In this document: positions 8,941 through 19,418 of the stretch, piece after piece | Position numbering within the stretch: the first letter of the stretch is position 1 | Layout: every line of letters starts with the position of its first letter | Assembly: GCF_902781305.1 (NCBI RefSeq) | Contig: NZ_CACZIV010000003.1 | Source: Selenomonas ruminantium | GTDB taxonomy: Bacteria; Bacillota; Negativicutes; Selenomonadales; Selenomonadaceae | Strand: one strand, 5' to 3' | DNA length: 64,000 nt | Translations under genes and position numbers: made by a program | Notes under the pieces: generated by a model | The model's input: the letters and a program-made list of their open reading frames with translations, nothing else | Told to the model about the DNA's origin: nothing | Databases searched by the model: none

Positions 8941-10281
8941 TTACCCGGAAATTCCCATTAATTTTCTTTCAGTTTCTTCATAGGAATCAACTTCAAAAAT
9001 TCCCTGACAGAGAAAATCATTAATGGCATCTATCTTCTGTATCGATTCATCAATCTTAGCGCTGGAGCCCTTTACATACGCCCCAATGTGAATTAAGTCC
9101 TCAGCATCCCGATAGACGGCCATGAGCTGCCGCATTTGCTGTGCCGCCTTTAAATGTTCTGGCGAAACCACTTCATTCATTACACGGCTGACGCTGGGCA
9201 TAATATCAATGGCAGGGAAGTGATTCTGCGCCGCAATCGTACGGGATAATACAATGTGACCATCCAAAATGGAACGCACCGCATCGGCAATGGGTTCATT
9301 CATATCATCGCCATCTACCAGTACCGTGTAAATTCCCGTAATCGAGCCTGTCGCACTGGTACCTGCCCGCTCCAAAAGCCGTGGCAGCATGGCAAATACG
9401 GAAGGCGTGTAGCCACGGGTAGCCGGTGGCTCCCCAATGGTCAGTCCTACTTCACGTTGCGCCATGGCAAAACGGGTAACCGAATCCATCATCAAAATGA
9501 CCTTACGGCCCTGATCACGGAAATACTCGGCAATAGCTGTAGCGGTCATCGCGCCTTTGATACGCACCAAAGCCGGCTGGTCAGAGGTCGCCACTACCAC
9601 CACAGAGCGTTTCATGCCTTCTTCGCCTAAATCGCGCTCGATGAAATCACGCACCTCACGGCCACGTTCTCCCACCAGCGCAATGACACTGATATCGGCC
9701 TCCGTATTGCGGGCAATCATGGAAAGAAGGGTGGATTTCCCCACCCCGGAGCCAGCCATAATGCCTATGCGCTGACCTTCTCCCATGGTGATAAGCCCAT
9801 CAATAGCCCGCACACCGACATAAAGGCTGTCATGGATACGAGGCCGCGATAACGGATGAGGCGGATCAGCCTGCAGCGAATACTCCTTCTTGCAAAGAAT
9901 CGGCCCCTTGCCATCAATAGGATTGCCCAGGCCATCCAGGACACGGCCTAAAAGCTCATCGCCCACTTTAACATTCAGCATCTTCTGCGCTGCTGTCACT
10001 TCACAGCCAGGACCAATCCCCTGCATCTCGCCAACGGGCATCAACATGACATAACCTTCCCGAAAGCCTACCACTTCAGCAGGAATCGGCGGAACATCCG
10101 GATTATGCGAGCTGATGTAACAAAGTTCACCTACACTTACCGTAGGCCCCTGAGACTCAATGACCAAGCCAATAACCTGCGTCACCTTCCCCGTAAGTTT
10201 GACACTGGAGCAATCGTAAATAGCCTCTGTAAACTTATCGATATTCAGTTGAAAGGGCTTATTTACCTGCATATCTTCCAT
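8941..10281 (-). CDS. fliI: Flagellar export ATPase FliI
   Basis: Walker A AGSGVGKS, GERGRE, DSVTRFA, GEPPATRGY; start uncertain (10281 or 10296). Confidence 0.95.
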   Translation of the reverse strand: MEDMQVNKPFQLNIDKFTEAIYDCSSVKLTGKVTQVIGLVIESQGPTVSVGELCYISSHNPDVPPIPAEVVGFREGYVMLMPVGEMQGIGPGCEVTAAQKMLNVKVGDELLGRVLDGLGNPIDGKGPILCKKEYSLQADPPHPLSRPRIHDSLYVGVRAIDGLITMGEGQRIGIMAGSGVGKSTLLSMIARNTEADISVIALVGERGREVRDFIERDLGEEGMKRSVVVVATSDQPALVRIKGAMTATAIAEYFRDQGRKVILMMDSVTRFAMAQREVGLTIGEPPATRGYTPSVFAMLPRLLERAGTSATGSITGIYTVLVDGDDMNEPIADAVRSILDGHIVLSRTIAAQNHFPAIDIMPSVSRVMNEVVSPEHLKAAQQMRQLMAVYRDAEDLIHIGAYVKGSSAKIDESIQKIDAINDFLCQGIFEVDSYEETERKLMGISG

Positions 10282-10305
10282 AGCTCCATACCTCAAAGGA
10301 ACTTC

Positions 10306-11097
10306 TTAAAGCATAACATTTTTCACTGCCTGCCGTACCAGTTCAATCTGGGTGGCAAGCCGTGCATCCACTGTCCCATTTGGCGTTTCAATCAGACAAT
10401 CACCAGGATTCATGCTCTGATCCGAAACCAAATCAATCGTCGCATCACCGTAGGTCAGGAGACCCTGAAATTCATTGCGGGCCAAAAGTACCAAATCGTA
10501 GTCTTGCGGTGCCACATGAATTTTTAATTCTTTTTGGTCTTTTACCTTAACAATAGCCTCTCTCACCAATGGCAATACTACCTGGGGAACATCGATAAAG
10601 TGCTGAGGAAGAATTTTTTCTACAACAGCCATGACCATTTTCACCACATCCTGTTCAGCCTGCTGAACATAGTCACGTGTGGCCTCCTTCGCATCCCGCA
10701 GGGTTTTTTCCGCCTGCGCACTTCCTGCAGCCAGGGTCTCAGCCATCTCCTCCCGAATTTTGGCCTCGCCATCCTTATAGCCGGCCTCATAGCCTTCCTG
10801 ATGGCCTTCTTCGGACGCTTCCTGTTTTGCCTGTTCAATTTCAGCCCGGGCTTCCTCTTTCATACGCTCACATTCAGCTTTAGCCTCCTGCTTGAGTATT
10901 TCCGCATCCACCTTGGCATCTTTTAATAACTGAATAGCACGCTGCTCCTTGGCAGCAATTTCTGCCAGCATACGGGTGCGGGTTTCTTCATCAAAACCAC
11001 TATCCTCGGCTGCAGCCTTTTCCGGCTTAGGCGGCTCGGGGGTATGGATGAGATGAGGATTTTCTTCCCATATCGCGGCTTTGATAACTCTAGACAA
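10306..11097 (-). CDS. fliH: Flagellar assembly protein FliH
   Basis: GxxxG repeats (EGHQEGYEAGYKDG), GDCLIETPNGTVDA. Confidence 0.9.
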   Translation of the reverse strand: MSRVIKAAIWEENPHLIHTPEPPKPEKAAAEDSGFDEETRTRMLAEIAAKEQRAIQLLKDAKVDAEILKQEAKAECERMKEEARAEIEQAKQEASEEGHQEGYEAGYKDGEAKIREEMAETLAAGSAQAEKTLRDAKEATRDYVQQAEQDVVKMVMAVVEKILPQHFIDVPQVVLPLVREAIVKVKDQKELKIHVAPQDYDLVLLARNEFQGLLTYGDATIDLVSDQSMNPGDCLIETPNGTVDARLATQIELVRQAVKNVML

Positions 11098-12121
11098 TCA
11101 TCTCGTCTCCCTGTCCACGCGATATTACGATATCGCCCTTGTCCTCCAATGCGCGGATGACATTGACGACCTTCTGCTGAGCTTCTTCCACGTCGCGAAT
11201 CTTGACGGGGCCCATGAACTCGATTTCTTCCCGAAGCATATCGGCAGCACGTTTCGACATATTCCGGTAAACTTTGTCGGCCACTTCCGCAGGTGTAGCC
11301 TTGAGTGCCAAGGACAAATCCTTGGTATCCACTTCGCGCAAAACCATCTGCAGGGAGCGGTCGTCCAGCTGAACGATATCTTCGAACACGAACATGAGGC
11401 GTTTGATTTCCTCGGCCAGTTCCGGATTGTCCACTTCCAAAGTTTCGATGATCGATTTTTCGGTGGTACGGTCCACACGGTTGAGGACTTCCACGATAGC
11501 CTTGACGCCGCCAGCGGTGGTAAAGTCCTGCGTAACCAGCGAAGACAGCTTGCGCTCCAGCACACGCTCTACCTCGCGGACAATATCTGGCGACGTTCTA
11601 TCCATCTGGGCAATACGTCTGGCTACATCCGCCTGGGCTTCAGGCGGCAACGAACCAAGCAGCGTAGCCGCCTGATCCGGTTCTAAGTAAGCCATAATCA
11701 ATGCAATGATCTGTGGATGCTCGTTGTTGATAAAGTTCATGAGCTGAGAAGGGTCGGTCTTGCGCAGGAAATCGAAAGGTCGAACCTGCAAGCTGGAGGT
11801 AAGGCGATTGAGAATTTCCATCGCCTTTTCCGCTCCCAAGGCCTTCTCCAACACATTCTGCGCATATTCCAGACCACCCGTGGAAATGTAGTCGCTGGCC
11901 ATAGCCATTTGATAAAATTCACTGACTACCTTTGCCTTTACCTCGGAGCTGACCTTTTTCTGGTTCGCAATTTCGAGGGTTATACGCTCAATTTCATCAT
12001 CGTCCAGATGCTGAAAAAGCTTCGCTGAATATTCAGGGCCCAGAGCAATAAACAACACGGCTGCTTTCTCTGTATTAGTGAGTTCTTCATCACCATCGCC
12101 ATACATATCTTCAAGTGCCAT
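11090..12121 (-). CDS. fliG: Flagellar motor switch protein FliG
   Basis: EKAAVL, EHPQ and MFVFED motifs. Confidence 0.96.
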   Translation of the reverse strand: MALEDMYGDGDEELTNTEKAAVLFIALGPEYSAKLFQHLDDDEIERITLEIANQKKVSSEVKAKVVSEFYQMAMASDYISTGGLEYAQNVLEKALGAEKAMEILNRLTSSLQVRPFDFLRKTDPSQLMNFINNEHPQIIALIMAYLEPDQAATLLGSLPPEAQADVARRIAQMDRTSPDIVREVERVLERKLSSLVTQDFTTAGGVKAIVEVLNRVDRTTEKSIIETLEVDNPELAEEIKRLMFVFEDIVQLDDRSLQMVLREVDTKDLSLALKATPAEVADKVYRNMSKRAADMLREEIEFMGPVKIRDVEEAQQKVVNVIRALEDKGDIVISRGQGDEMIV

Positions 12122-12124
12122 AGG

Positions 12125-13714
12125 TCATTCCTCCGCCAGCCAAGTTTTAACAAGCATAGCCACCTCTGCCGGACGCTGGTCAATAAGCTGTTGCAAAGTC
12201 TGCTTTTCGGTAAGGTGCTGCTGTTCTTCTTCCGAAAGTTCCTCAGGTTCCAAAGCACCAGCAGCCAACAGGGCTGCACGCTCTTCTTCTTCCAATTTCT
12301 TTCTTGCTTCCTCCTCCTGACGGATTCTCTCCTGTTCGGCTGCAATAGCTTCCAGCTTTTTCTTGCGGCGATAGTAGAGATAACCGCCAATAGCAGCCAG
12401 TACCAGCAGTATGCCACCGATTGTGCCATAGAGAATCATGTCCTCCCTGTCCTTGGCAGCCTTTTCTTCTGCGGCCCGCCGGTCACGGAGTTCTGTACTG
12501 AAGGGCAGCGGTTCAACGGAAACCGTATCTCCCCGGTTGGTGTTGATGCCTGCTGCACTGCTCACCGTCCGCATAATGCTGTCCTGCTGCTGAGGCGTTA
12601 CGGTATCATCTACCAAAACCGCTACAGTCAGCCGGCGAATGGAGCCGGGAGCTGCTACTGTCTTGGATTTCTCTTCATTTATCTCGTAATTTTTTGTCGA
12701 TTCCTTTTTCTCATAGTCAGCGTTGGCATTGTTGTTCTGGGCAACATACCCCGGCACATTGGACTGGACGCCGGCTGCACCGCCGGGCTGAGTCGAAGTA
12801 CCGCTGTAAGTCTCGCTCAAATCCTGCTGGCTGCGGATAATGCCGGAATCGTCCACCACCGGAGTAAAGGTCTGTTTGTCGGTGGTCCGGTCATCAAAAT
12901 CCAGTTCCACGCTTACCCGGGCAAATGCCTTGCCCTCTCCCATGGAATCATCCAGCATGGACTGAATATTCTTCTGGATATTGTCCTGAACCTTCTTGGT
13001 CATATCCAACTGGGTCATGGTCTTAACGCCGACTGCCTGTTCTTCATTTTCATCGGGGTCATTAAGAATCTTACCGGTATCATTCACAATCGTGATATTT
13101 TCCGGCTTCAGGCCCTGAACACTGTTTGCCGCCAGATTGACAATACCCTTGATTTCCTTCTTGGACAATTCCATATTGGGCCGCAGATGCAGCATAATGG
13201 AAGCCGTAGCCGGCTTCTCATTTTTCTTGTACAAGCTGTCCTCCGGCAGTACGATATGCACTCGCGCCTTTTCTACGGCAGCAATCTGCTCAATGGTACG
13301 AGTCAGCTCTCCCTGCAAAGCCTGTAAATAATTGACTTTGTTCTGGAATTCCGTAACGCCCAGCTTGCTGTCATCAAAGATTTCAAACCCCTTATTACCC
13401 CGGGGAAGTCCCTGCGTTGACAAATCCAGCCGTGCATTGTGTACATCCCGTGACGGAACCATGATGGTAGTGCCTTGCCGCGTTTCCTGCACCTCGTATT
13501 CGATTTTCGCTTCTTTCAGTTTTGCAGCTACTTCACCGGCATCCTTGGTTTCCATATTGGTAAACAAAGGAACCATATCCGGCTTATTGCCATACCATGC
13601 ACTTACACCAATTATGGCAATGAGAATAGCCAAAGCGGAGCCCAGCATAATGTACCGCTGGCGCTTACTGAATCTCTCCAGAAGCTCCTTATACCGCTCT
13701 TTCCAATCTCCCAT
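12125..13714 (-). CDS. fliF: Flagellar M-ring protein FliF
   Basis: Two TMs, ALQGELTRTI, ARVHIVLP, ATASIML. Confidence 0.95.
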   Translation of the reverse strand: MGDWKERYKELLERFSKRQRYIMLGSALAILIAIIGVSAWYGNKPDMVPLFTNMETKDAGEVAAKLKEAKIEYEVQETRQGTTIMVPSRDVHNARLDLSTQGLPRGNKGFEIFDDSKLGVTEFQNKVNYLQALQGELTRTIEQIAAVEKARVHIVLPEDSLYKKNEKPATASIMLHLRPNMELSKKEIKGIVNLAANSVQGLKPENITIVNDTGKILNDPDENEEQAVGVKTMTQLDMTKKVQDNIQKNIQSMLDDSMGEGKAFARVSVELDFDDRTTDKQTFTPVVDDSGIIRSQQDLSETYSGTSTQPGGAAGVQSNVPGYVAQNNNANADYEKKESTKNYEINEEKSKTVAAPGSIRRLTVAVLVDDTVTPQQQDSIMRTVSSAAGINTNRGDTVSVEPLPFSTELRDRRAAEEKAAKDREDMILYGTIGGILLVLAAIGGYLYYRRKKKLEAIAAEQERIRQEEEARKKLEEEERAALLAAGALEPEELSEEEQQHLTEKQTLQQLIDQRPAEVAMLVKTWLAEE

Positions 13715-13754
13715 GATCTCAATCCCTTCACGTAGAATCAGTCTCTATTTGTCA

Positions 13755-14057
13755 CTATACCTGCATACGCATGATTTCCTGATATGCCGACATTGCCCGG
13801 TTTCTCATCTGAAGGGTCAGCTGCAGGGCGATATCCGCTTTTTGAGCGGCAATCACCACTTGAGAAACATCTTCTATGCGTCCGGCAGCCAGAAGGGCAT
13901 TTTCTCTATCCGATTCCAGCTGTAAAGCGTTTGTCTTCTTCAGGGCATCCGTCAGATACTGCCCAAAATTCTTTACTTCCTTTGGTTCCTGTGTCTCTCC
14001 CAAATGGCTGTCCGCATGCATGGACACAGGAGTCATCGCCAATGGTGCAATTTCCAT
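13755..14057 (-). CDS. fliE: Flagellar hook-basal body protein FliE
   Basis: C-terminal RNRAMSAYQEIMRMQV. Confidence 0.95.
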   Translation of the reverse strand: MEIAPLAMTPVSMHADSHLGETQEPKEVKNFGQYLTDALKKTNALQLESDRENALLAAGRIEDVSQVVIAAQKADIALQLTLQMRNRAMSAYQEIMRMQV

Positions 14058-14092
14058 ATCGCTATCCTCTCAAATCATTAAACGCTGTAAAC

Positions 14093-14539
14093 TTATTTCC
14101 CCATATCCAAAGCCTTGGTTACCATGGCTTTGGCAGCATTAATCGTTGTCGTATTGGCTTCATAAGCACGGGACGCCGTAATCATATCCACCATTTCCGC
14201 CACCACATTGACATTGGGGCGTTCTACATAGCCGTCTGCATTGGCGTCCGGATGTCCCGGATCGTATACGAGCGGCCCCTGCATATTATCACTCTCAATG
14301 CGGGTAGCACGTACACCATCTCCAGCCTCCAGTTTATTTGCCGCTTTTTTTAAAAAACTCTGAAATGGTCCATCGTTTTTAACCCTTGGTTCGAAAACAA
14401 CATACCGCCGATGATATGCCCCGCCCTGCTCCGTACGGGTGGTGTTGGCATTGGCAATATTATTGGATATAACATCCATACGCAGCCGCTCCGCCGTAAG
14501 ACCTGACGCTGCTGCATCAATCCCTAAGAACATACTCAT
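14093..14539 (-). CDS. flgC: Flagellar rod protein FlgC
   Basis: SNNIANANTT, YDPGHPDA, RAYEAN. Confidence 0.95.
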   Translation of the reverse strand: MSMFLGIDAAASGLTAERLRMDVISNNIANANTTRTEQGGAYHRRYVVFEPRVKNDGPFQSFLKKAANKLEAGDGVRATRIESDNMQGPLVYDPGHPDANADGYVERPNVNVVAEMVDMITASRAYEANTTTINAAKAMVTKALDMGK

Positions 14540-14575
14540 GGTCATTCCCTTTACACTTTCTATTACCAACCGTCA

Positions 14576-14998
14576 TCAACTCTGACCGCTGGTAATAACA
14601 TTTTTCATTCTGGTCATAAAGCCTCCCAGCTCTGTGGTCATCGCGTTGTAATAGAGCTGATTCTTGGCCAGACCTGCCATTTCAATATCAATATCGACAT
14701 TATTATCATCCACGCGCATAGTAGTGGTATCATCCTCTTCTATGACAGCATGAACCTTGCCATGAATCGGAATAGGCAAATGCCGGTCATGCGTCCGCAC
14801 AACATCCAAACGCTTGCCTTCATCATCCAAATGCAGTTCCTTGGCCAGCAAATCCTCAAAGTTCACCGCGCTGCGCTTAAAATGCGGCGTGTTCACGTTA
14901 GCGATATTATTGCTGATCACTTCATGTCGCAAATTGGCAGCCTCCAACCCCCGGGATAGGTAATCAAAATTAGATGAGTTCATTATCTGTTCCAGCAT
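14576..14998 (-). CDS. flgB: Flagellar rod protein FlgB
   Basis: ISNNIANVNTP, DNNVDIDIEM; first gene of the operon. Confidence 0.95.
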   Translation of the reverse strand: MLEQIMNSSNFDYLSRGLEAANLRHEVISNNIANVNTPHFKRSAVNFEDLLAKELHLDDEGKRLDVVRTHDRHLPIPIHGKVHAVIEEDDTTTMRVDDNNVDIDIEMAGLAKNQLYYNAMTTELGGFMTRMKNVITSGQS

Positions 14999-15078
14999 AC
15001 CTCTAATCACATCCCCTCTGTCTGCCATCGTTCAATCGACCGTTTATTCTCGTATTCATACAGTTACCTTTTATTTAT

Positions 15079-15103
15079 TTTCTACATAAGCCCTCTAACT
15101 CCT
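15079..15103 (-). promoter_or_regulatory. Putative sigmaH-type promoter of the flgB operon
   Basis: AGGA-N17-GAAA versus B. subtilis sigmaH consensus AGGA-N17/18-GAAT. Confidence 0.5.
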
Positions 15104-15154
15104 TCCCACTTTATCATTTTTTTCATTTTAAAACAAGTAGTCAATAGTATTCGC

Positions 15155-15187
15155 TAAAAAAAAGGCCGGCACCCATGTACCGACCTT
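15155..15187 (-). terminator. Intrinsic terminator after codY
   Basis: Imperfect GC stem followed by 8 T on the minus strand. Confidence 0.65.
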
Positions 15188-15195
15188 GAAGCAAA

Positions 15196-15981
15196 TCAAA
15201 TATTCACATCCAGTTTCCGAACTTCTTCCATCAGATGCTCATTGAGAATTTTTATACGCGTGCCCTTCATACCCAATGAAGTCGATTCAATCACACCAGC
15301 AGACTCAAACTTCCGCAAGGCGTTAACGATAACCGAACGCGTAATCTGCACTTTATCCGCAATCTTAGAAGCTACCAGGATACCCTCGGTATCATCCGGC
15401 AAGGCTTCCAGGATAGCTTTTGCAGCTCGTTTTTCCGAAAAAGACAGCGTTTCGATGGCAATCTGCACAGTGGCCTTCTTGCGCGCCTCAATTTCGATTT
15501 TTTCTGCATGGTCGCGAAGCATTTCCATGCCCACTACCGTAGCACCATACTCACAGAGCAGCAAATCATCATCATTAAATTCTTCATCATACTTGGCTAC
15601 GACCAAAGTACCAATACGCTCTCCCACACCATAGATGGGAACGATGGTCGTGTTCTTGCCATTGAAGAGGCACTTCGTATTCTCCTCATATGCGCACATC
15701 CCCGTCTTGGAATGCAGATTCGCATTGGTCTCGTCCATACGCATGAGCCAGTTTACATAAGTCTTGGGGAATTCGCCCTGATTGATTACCTTATCCACCA
15801 TCATGTCGCATTCAAAATCATCCACAAAGGCATAGCCGAAAATTTTGCCTTTCTGGTTGGTGATATAGACATTCGCATTAAGAACGTTGCTAAGCACCCG
15901 GGAAATTCCATCGTATTCCACATTTTCCGAACGCTGCAGGAGGCGGTTGATTTTTCTGGTCTTTTCTAATAATGATGCCAT
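15196..15981 (-). CDS. codY: GTP/BCAA-sensing repressor CodY
   Basis: LLEKTRKIN start; ASKIADKVQITRSVIVNALRKFESAGVIE...SLGMKGT. Confidence 0.96.
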   Translation of the reverse strand: MASLLEKTRKINRLLQRSENVEYDGISRVLSNVLNANVYITNQKGKIFGYAFVDDFECDMMVDKVINQGEFPKTYVNWLMRMDETNANLHSKTGMCAYEENTKCLFNGKNTTIVPIYGVGERIGTLVVAKYDEEFNDDDLLLCEYGATVVGMEMLRDHAEKIEIEARKKATVQIAIETLSFSEKRAAKAILEALPDDTEGILVASKIADKVQITRSVIVNALRKFESAGVIESTSLGMKGTRIKILNEHLMEEVRKLDVNI

Positions 15982-16130
15982 GTAGCTTTCTCCTTTACAA
16001 AATATTTTGACAGTCCTATCCACTCACGAACAGGACTGCTCATACACATCTATGGATATTTTATCATATTTTTCAAAATAATCATAGATGTATAATAATA
16101 TTTTTAATTAAATTTTCATATTATTTTCTC

Positions 16131-17531
16131 TTAGAGAATAAACTGTGACAAATCACGGTTCACTACAATATCCGCTAACTGCTTATCCACATAGTCGGCA
16201 TCAATAACAACCTTTTTCTCCGTGAGTTCCGGTGCCGTAAAGCTCACTTCTTCCAACAGCTTCTCCAAAAGGGTATGCAGACGGCGGGCACCGATATCTT
16301 CGGCCTGCTCATTTACATCACAGGCCAGCTGGGCAAGGCGGGCAATGGCTTCGTCCTTAAATTCCAGTTCTACATCTTCCGTTGCCAGCATAGCCTGATA
16401 CTGCTTAATCAGCGCATTCTGCGGCTCCGTAAGGATTTTCTGGAAATCTTCCTTGCGCAGGGATTTGAGTTCCACACGGATGGGGAAACGTCCCTGCAGT
16501 TCCGGAATCAAATCAGACGGTTTAGCCATATGGAAAGCACCAGCAGCAATAAAGAGCACATGGTCGGTCTTCAAAGGGCCGTACTTCGTCATAACCGTGG
16601 AGCCTTCCACGATGGGCAGGATATCGCGCTGCACGCCTTCGCGGCTCACATCGGCACCAGAGCTGTTGCCCTTGACAGCCACCTTATCAATTTCGTCCAG
16701 GAATACGATGCCGCTGTATTCAGCCACCTTTACGGCTTCATCGGCCACCGCTTCCATATCAATCAGCTTGTCGGCTTCTTCCTGCGTGAAAATCTTGCGG
16801 GCCTGCTCGACTGTAACCTTGCGTTTGCGATGACGCTTGGGCATCAGGTTGCCAATCATGTCCTGAATGTTGTCGCCCATGCTCTCCAGGCTGGAACCAG
16901 CAAACATACCGACCATCGGCTTGCCGGAATCTTCCACATCAATCTCGATGGTTTCCTGTTCGAGTTCGCCCTTCTGCAGACGCTTGCGCACCCATTCACG
17001 GCCAGCCTGATACTTGGGTTCAGCCGGCTGCTCCTGCTGCTCATTATCTTCATCACTACCGCCAAAGAGTCTGCCCAAAGGATTGGTATTCTTCTTCGGT
17101 TCGGGAACAAACACATCTAAGATGCGTTCTTCAGCCATTTCCTTGGCCTTATCCTGTACGGATTCAATGCGCTGCTGACGTACCATGCGTACAGAAGTTT
17201 CCGCCAAATCACGAATGATGGATTCCACATCGCGGCCCACATAGCCGACTTCGGTGAACTTCGTTGCTTCTACCTTAATAAAGGGAGCTTTCACCAGTTT
17301 GGCCAGACGGCGGGCAATTTCGGTCTTGCCGACGCCAGTGGAACCAATCATCAGAATGTTCTTGGGCACCACATCTTCCTGCATTTCCTTGGAAAGCTTA
17401 CGGCTGCGCCAGCGGTTGCGCAGGGCAATGGCCACGGATTTTTTCGCTTCGTCCTGGCCCACGATATATTTATTGAGTTCCTCCACAATCTGGCGTGGAG
17501 TCTGTTCATTTGTGCCAAAAAGTTCTTCCAT
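16131..17531 (-). CDS. hslU: ATP-dependent protease ATPase subunit HslU/ClpY
   Basis: [40 protein letters not shown]. Confidence 0.97.
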   Translation of the reverse strand: MEELFGTNEQTPRQIVEELNKYIVGQDEAKKSVAIALRNRWRSRKLSKEMQEDVVPKNILMIGSTGVGKTEIARRLAKLVKAPFIKVEATKFTEVGYVGRDVESIIRDLAETSVRMVRQQRIESVQDKAKEMAEERILDVFVPEPKKNTNPLGRLFGGSDEDNEQQEQPAEPKYQAGREWVRKRLQKGELEQETIEIDVEDSGKPMVGMFAGSSLESMGDNIQDMIGNLMPKRHRKRKVTVEQARKIFTQEEADKLIDMEAVADEAVKVAEYSGIVFLDEIDKVAVKGNSSGADVSREGVQRDILPIVEGSTVMTKYGPLKTDHVLFIAAGAFHMAKPSDLIPELQGRFPIRVELKSLRKEDFQKILTEPQNALIKQYQAMLATEDVELEFKDEAIARLAQLACDVNEQAEDIGARRLHTLLEKLLEEVSFTAPELTEKKVVIDADYVDKQLADIVVNRDLSQFIL

Positions 17532-18074
17532 TTAGTCTAACTCCTCAACCTTGATATTATGATTGGTAAATACGCAGATATCGGCGGCAATCGACAGCGC
17601 TTCTTTGGCAATCTCGCCGGCGCTCATCTCCGTATGCTTGGCCATCGCCCGGCCAGCAGACAGGGCATAAAAGCCACCGGAGCCAATCGCTGCTACATCG
17701 CCGTCCGGTTCAATGACTTCACCGTTACCGGAAAGCATCAGCATGGTGTCCTTATCGGCTACCAAAAGCAGGGCTTCCAGCTTGCGCAGTATCTTGTCCG
17801 TGCGCCATTCCTTAGCCAGCTCCACAGCCGCCCGCTGCAGATTGCCGTTGTAGGTTTCCAGCTTGGCTTCAAACTTTTCAAACAGCGTAAACGCATCGGC
17901 TACCGAACCGGCAAAGCCCGCGAGCACCTGATTGTGATAAAGACGGCGCACCTTGCGGGCATTCGCCTTCATAATCGTATGCTCGCCGAAAGTCACCTGG
18001 CCGTCACCGGCGATAGCGGTTTTGCCATTTTTGCGCACAGCGCAGATTGTTGTTGCATGAAATTGTGTTTCCAT
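17532..18074 (-). CDS. hslV: ATP-dependent protease subunit HslV/ClpQ
   Basis: HATTI, GDGQVT, GFAG, GSGG. Confidence 0.97.
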   Translation of the reverse strand: METQFHATTICAVRKNGKTAIAGDGQVTFGEHTIMKANARKVRRLYHNQVLAGFAGSVADAFTLFEKFEAKLETYNGNLQRAAVELAKEWRTDKILRKLEALLLVADKDTMLMLSGNGEVIEPDGDVAAIGSGGFYALSAGRAMAKHTEMSAGEIAKEALSIAADICVFTNHNIKVEELD

Positions 18075-18083
18075 GATATCTAA

Positions 18084-19418
18084 TCAACCTCCAATAGCCG
18101 GCTTAAAGTCCTCAATCGCCTTTAAAGCCCGCTCAGCAAGTTTCATTTTCTTTGCTTTTTTATCCTTGATGATTTTGCCGTTTTCATTGCGCATGACAAT
18201 GGTAGGCAAAATGCCAAAGTTCACATTCATGGGCTGGAAATGCTTGGCTTCACTGGTCGTAATGTAATGAGCCAACGCCCCATGACAGGTTTCCTCCGGG
18301 AAGACCAACGGTTCCTTGCCCATGGCCATGCGCGCGGCATTAACGCCTGCCACCAACCCCGATGCTGCCGATTCCACATAACCTTCCACGCCAGTCATCT
18401 GTCCGGCAAAGAACAAGTTGTCGATGCCCTTGAACTGGAAGGTCGGACGCATATGCGTCGGTGAATTCAGGAACGTATTGCGGTGCATAACCCCATAGCG
18501 CAGGAACTCGGCATGCTCCAGTCCCGGAATCATGCCGAAGACACGGCGCTGTTCCGGCCATTTGAGATGGGTCTGAAAACCGACAATGTTATAAAGGGTT
18601 GCCGAGGCATTATCCTGCCGCAGCTGCACCACCGCATAGGGGCGCACGCCGGTTTCCGGGTGCTCCAGCCCCACCGGCTTTAACGGGCCGAACAGCAGGG
18701 TATCTTCCCCGCGGCTTGCCATTACTTCTACCGGCATACAGCCCTCAAAGAATTTTTCCTTTTCAAAATCCTTGGTCGGTGCTTTCTCAGCATTGACCAG
18801 CTCCGTCCAGAACGCCTGATATTCGTCCTTGGTCATCGGACAGTTGATATACGCCGCTTCGCCCTTGCCATAGCGGGAAGCGCGGTAAGCCTTGGTCATA
18901 TCCACGGATTCGAGACTCACAATGGGTGCTGCTGCATCGTAGAAATAGAGCGAATCGTTACCCGTTAATTTGGCAATTTCCTCGGCCAGTTTCCCTTCCG
19001 TCAGCGGACCGCTGGCCACAATGGTAATCGCATCATCCCGCAAGGGGATGGTTTCGATTTCCTCGTGAATAACGGTGATATTGGGGTGACTGCTCACCTT
19101 GTCGGTAATATACTGGCTGAACCCATGACGGTCAACCGCCAGCGCCCCGCCTGCCGGTACTTGCGTCGCATCGGCAGCTTCCATGATAATGGAACCCAGG
19201 CGGCGCATTTCCTCTTTGAGCACACCCACGGCATTTTCCATGCCAGCGCCCCGCAGGGAGTTGCTGCAGACCAGCTCGGCAAATTCTGCCGTCTTATGGG
19301 CAGGCGTGGACTTAACCGGACGCATTTCGTAAAGGGTTACGTTTGCGCCCATATTGGCGGCCTGCCAGGCAGCTTCTGCGCCCGAAAGGCCCGCTCCAAT
19401 GATGATGATATCTTTCAT
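18084..19418 (-). CDS. trmFO: tRNA (uracil-54) methyltransferase TrmFO
   Basis: [27 protein letters not shown]. Confidence 0.96.
   Translation of the reverse strand: MKDIIIIGAGLSGAEAAWQAANMGANVTLYEMRPVKSTPAHKTAEFAELVCSNSLRGAGMENAVGVLKEEMRRLGSIIMEAADATQVPAGGALAVDRHGFSQYITDKVSSHPNITVIHEEIETIPLRDDAITIVASGPLTEGKLAEEIAKLTGNDSLYFYDAAAPIVSLESVDMTKAYRASRYGKGEAAYINCPMTKDEYQAFWTELVNAEKAPTKDFEKEKFFEGCMPVEVMASRGEDTLLFGPLKPVGLEHPETGVRPYAVVQLRQDNASATLYNIVGFQTHLKWPEQRRVFGMIPGLEHAEFLRYGVMHRNTFLNSPTHMRPTFQFKGIDNLFFAGQMTGVEGYVESAASGLVAGVNAARMAMGKEPLVFPEETCHGALAHYITTSEAKHFQPMNVNFGILPTIVMRNENGKIIKDKKAKKMKLAERALKAIEDFKPAIGG

Noticed and set aside
16060-16130. CodY box upstream of codY
   Set aside because: Only loose AT-rich similarity to AATTTTCWGAAAATT, not distinguishable from background.
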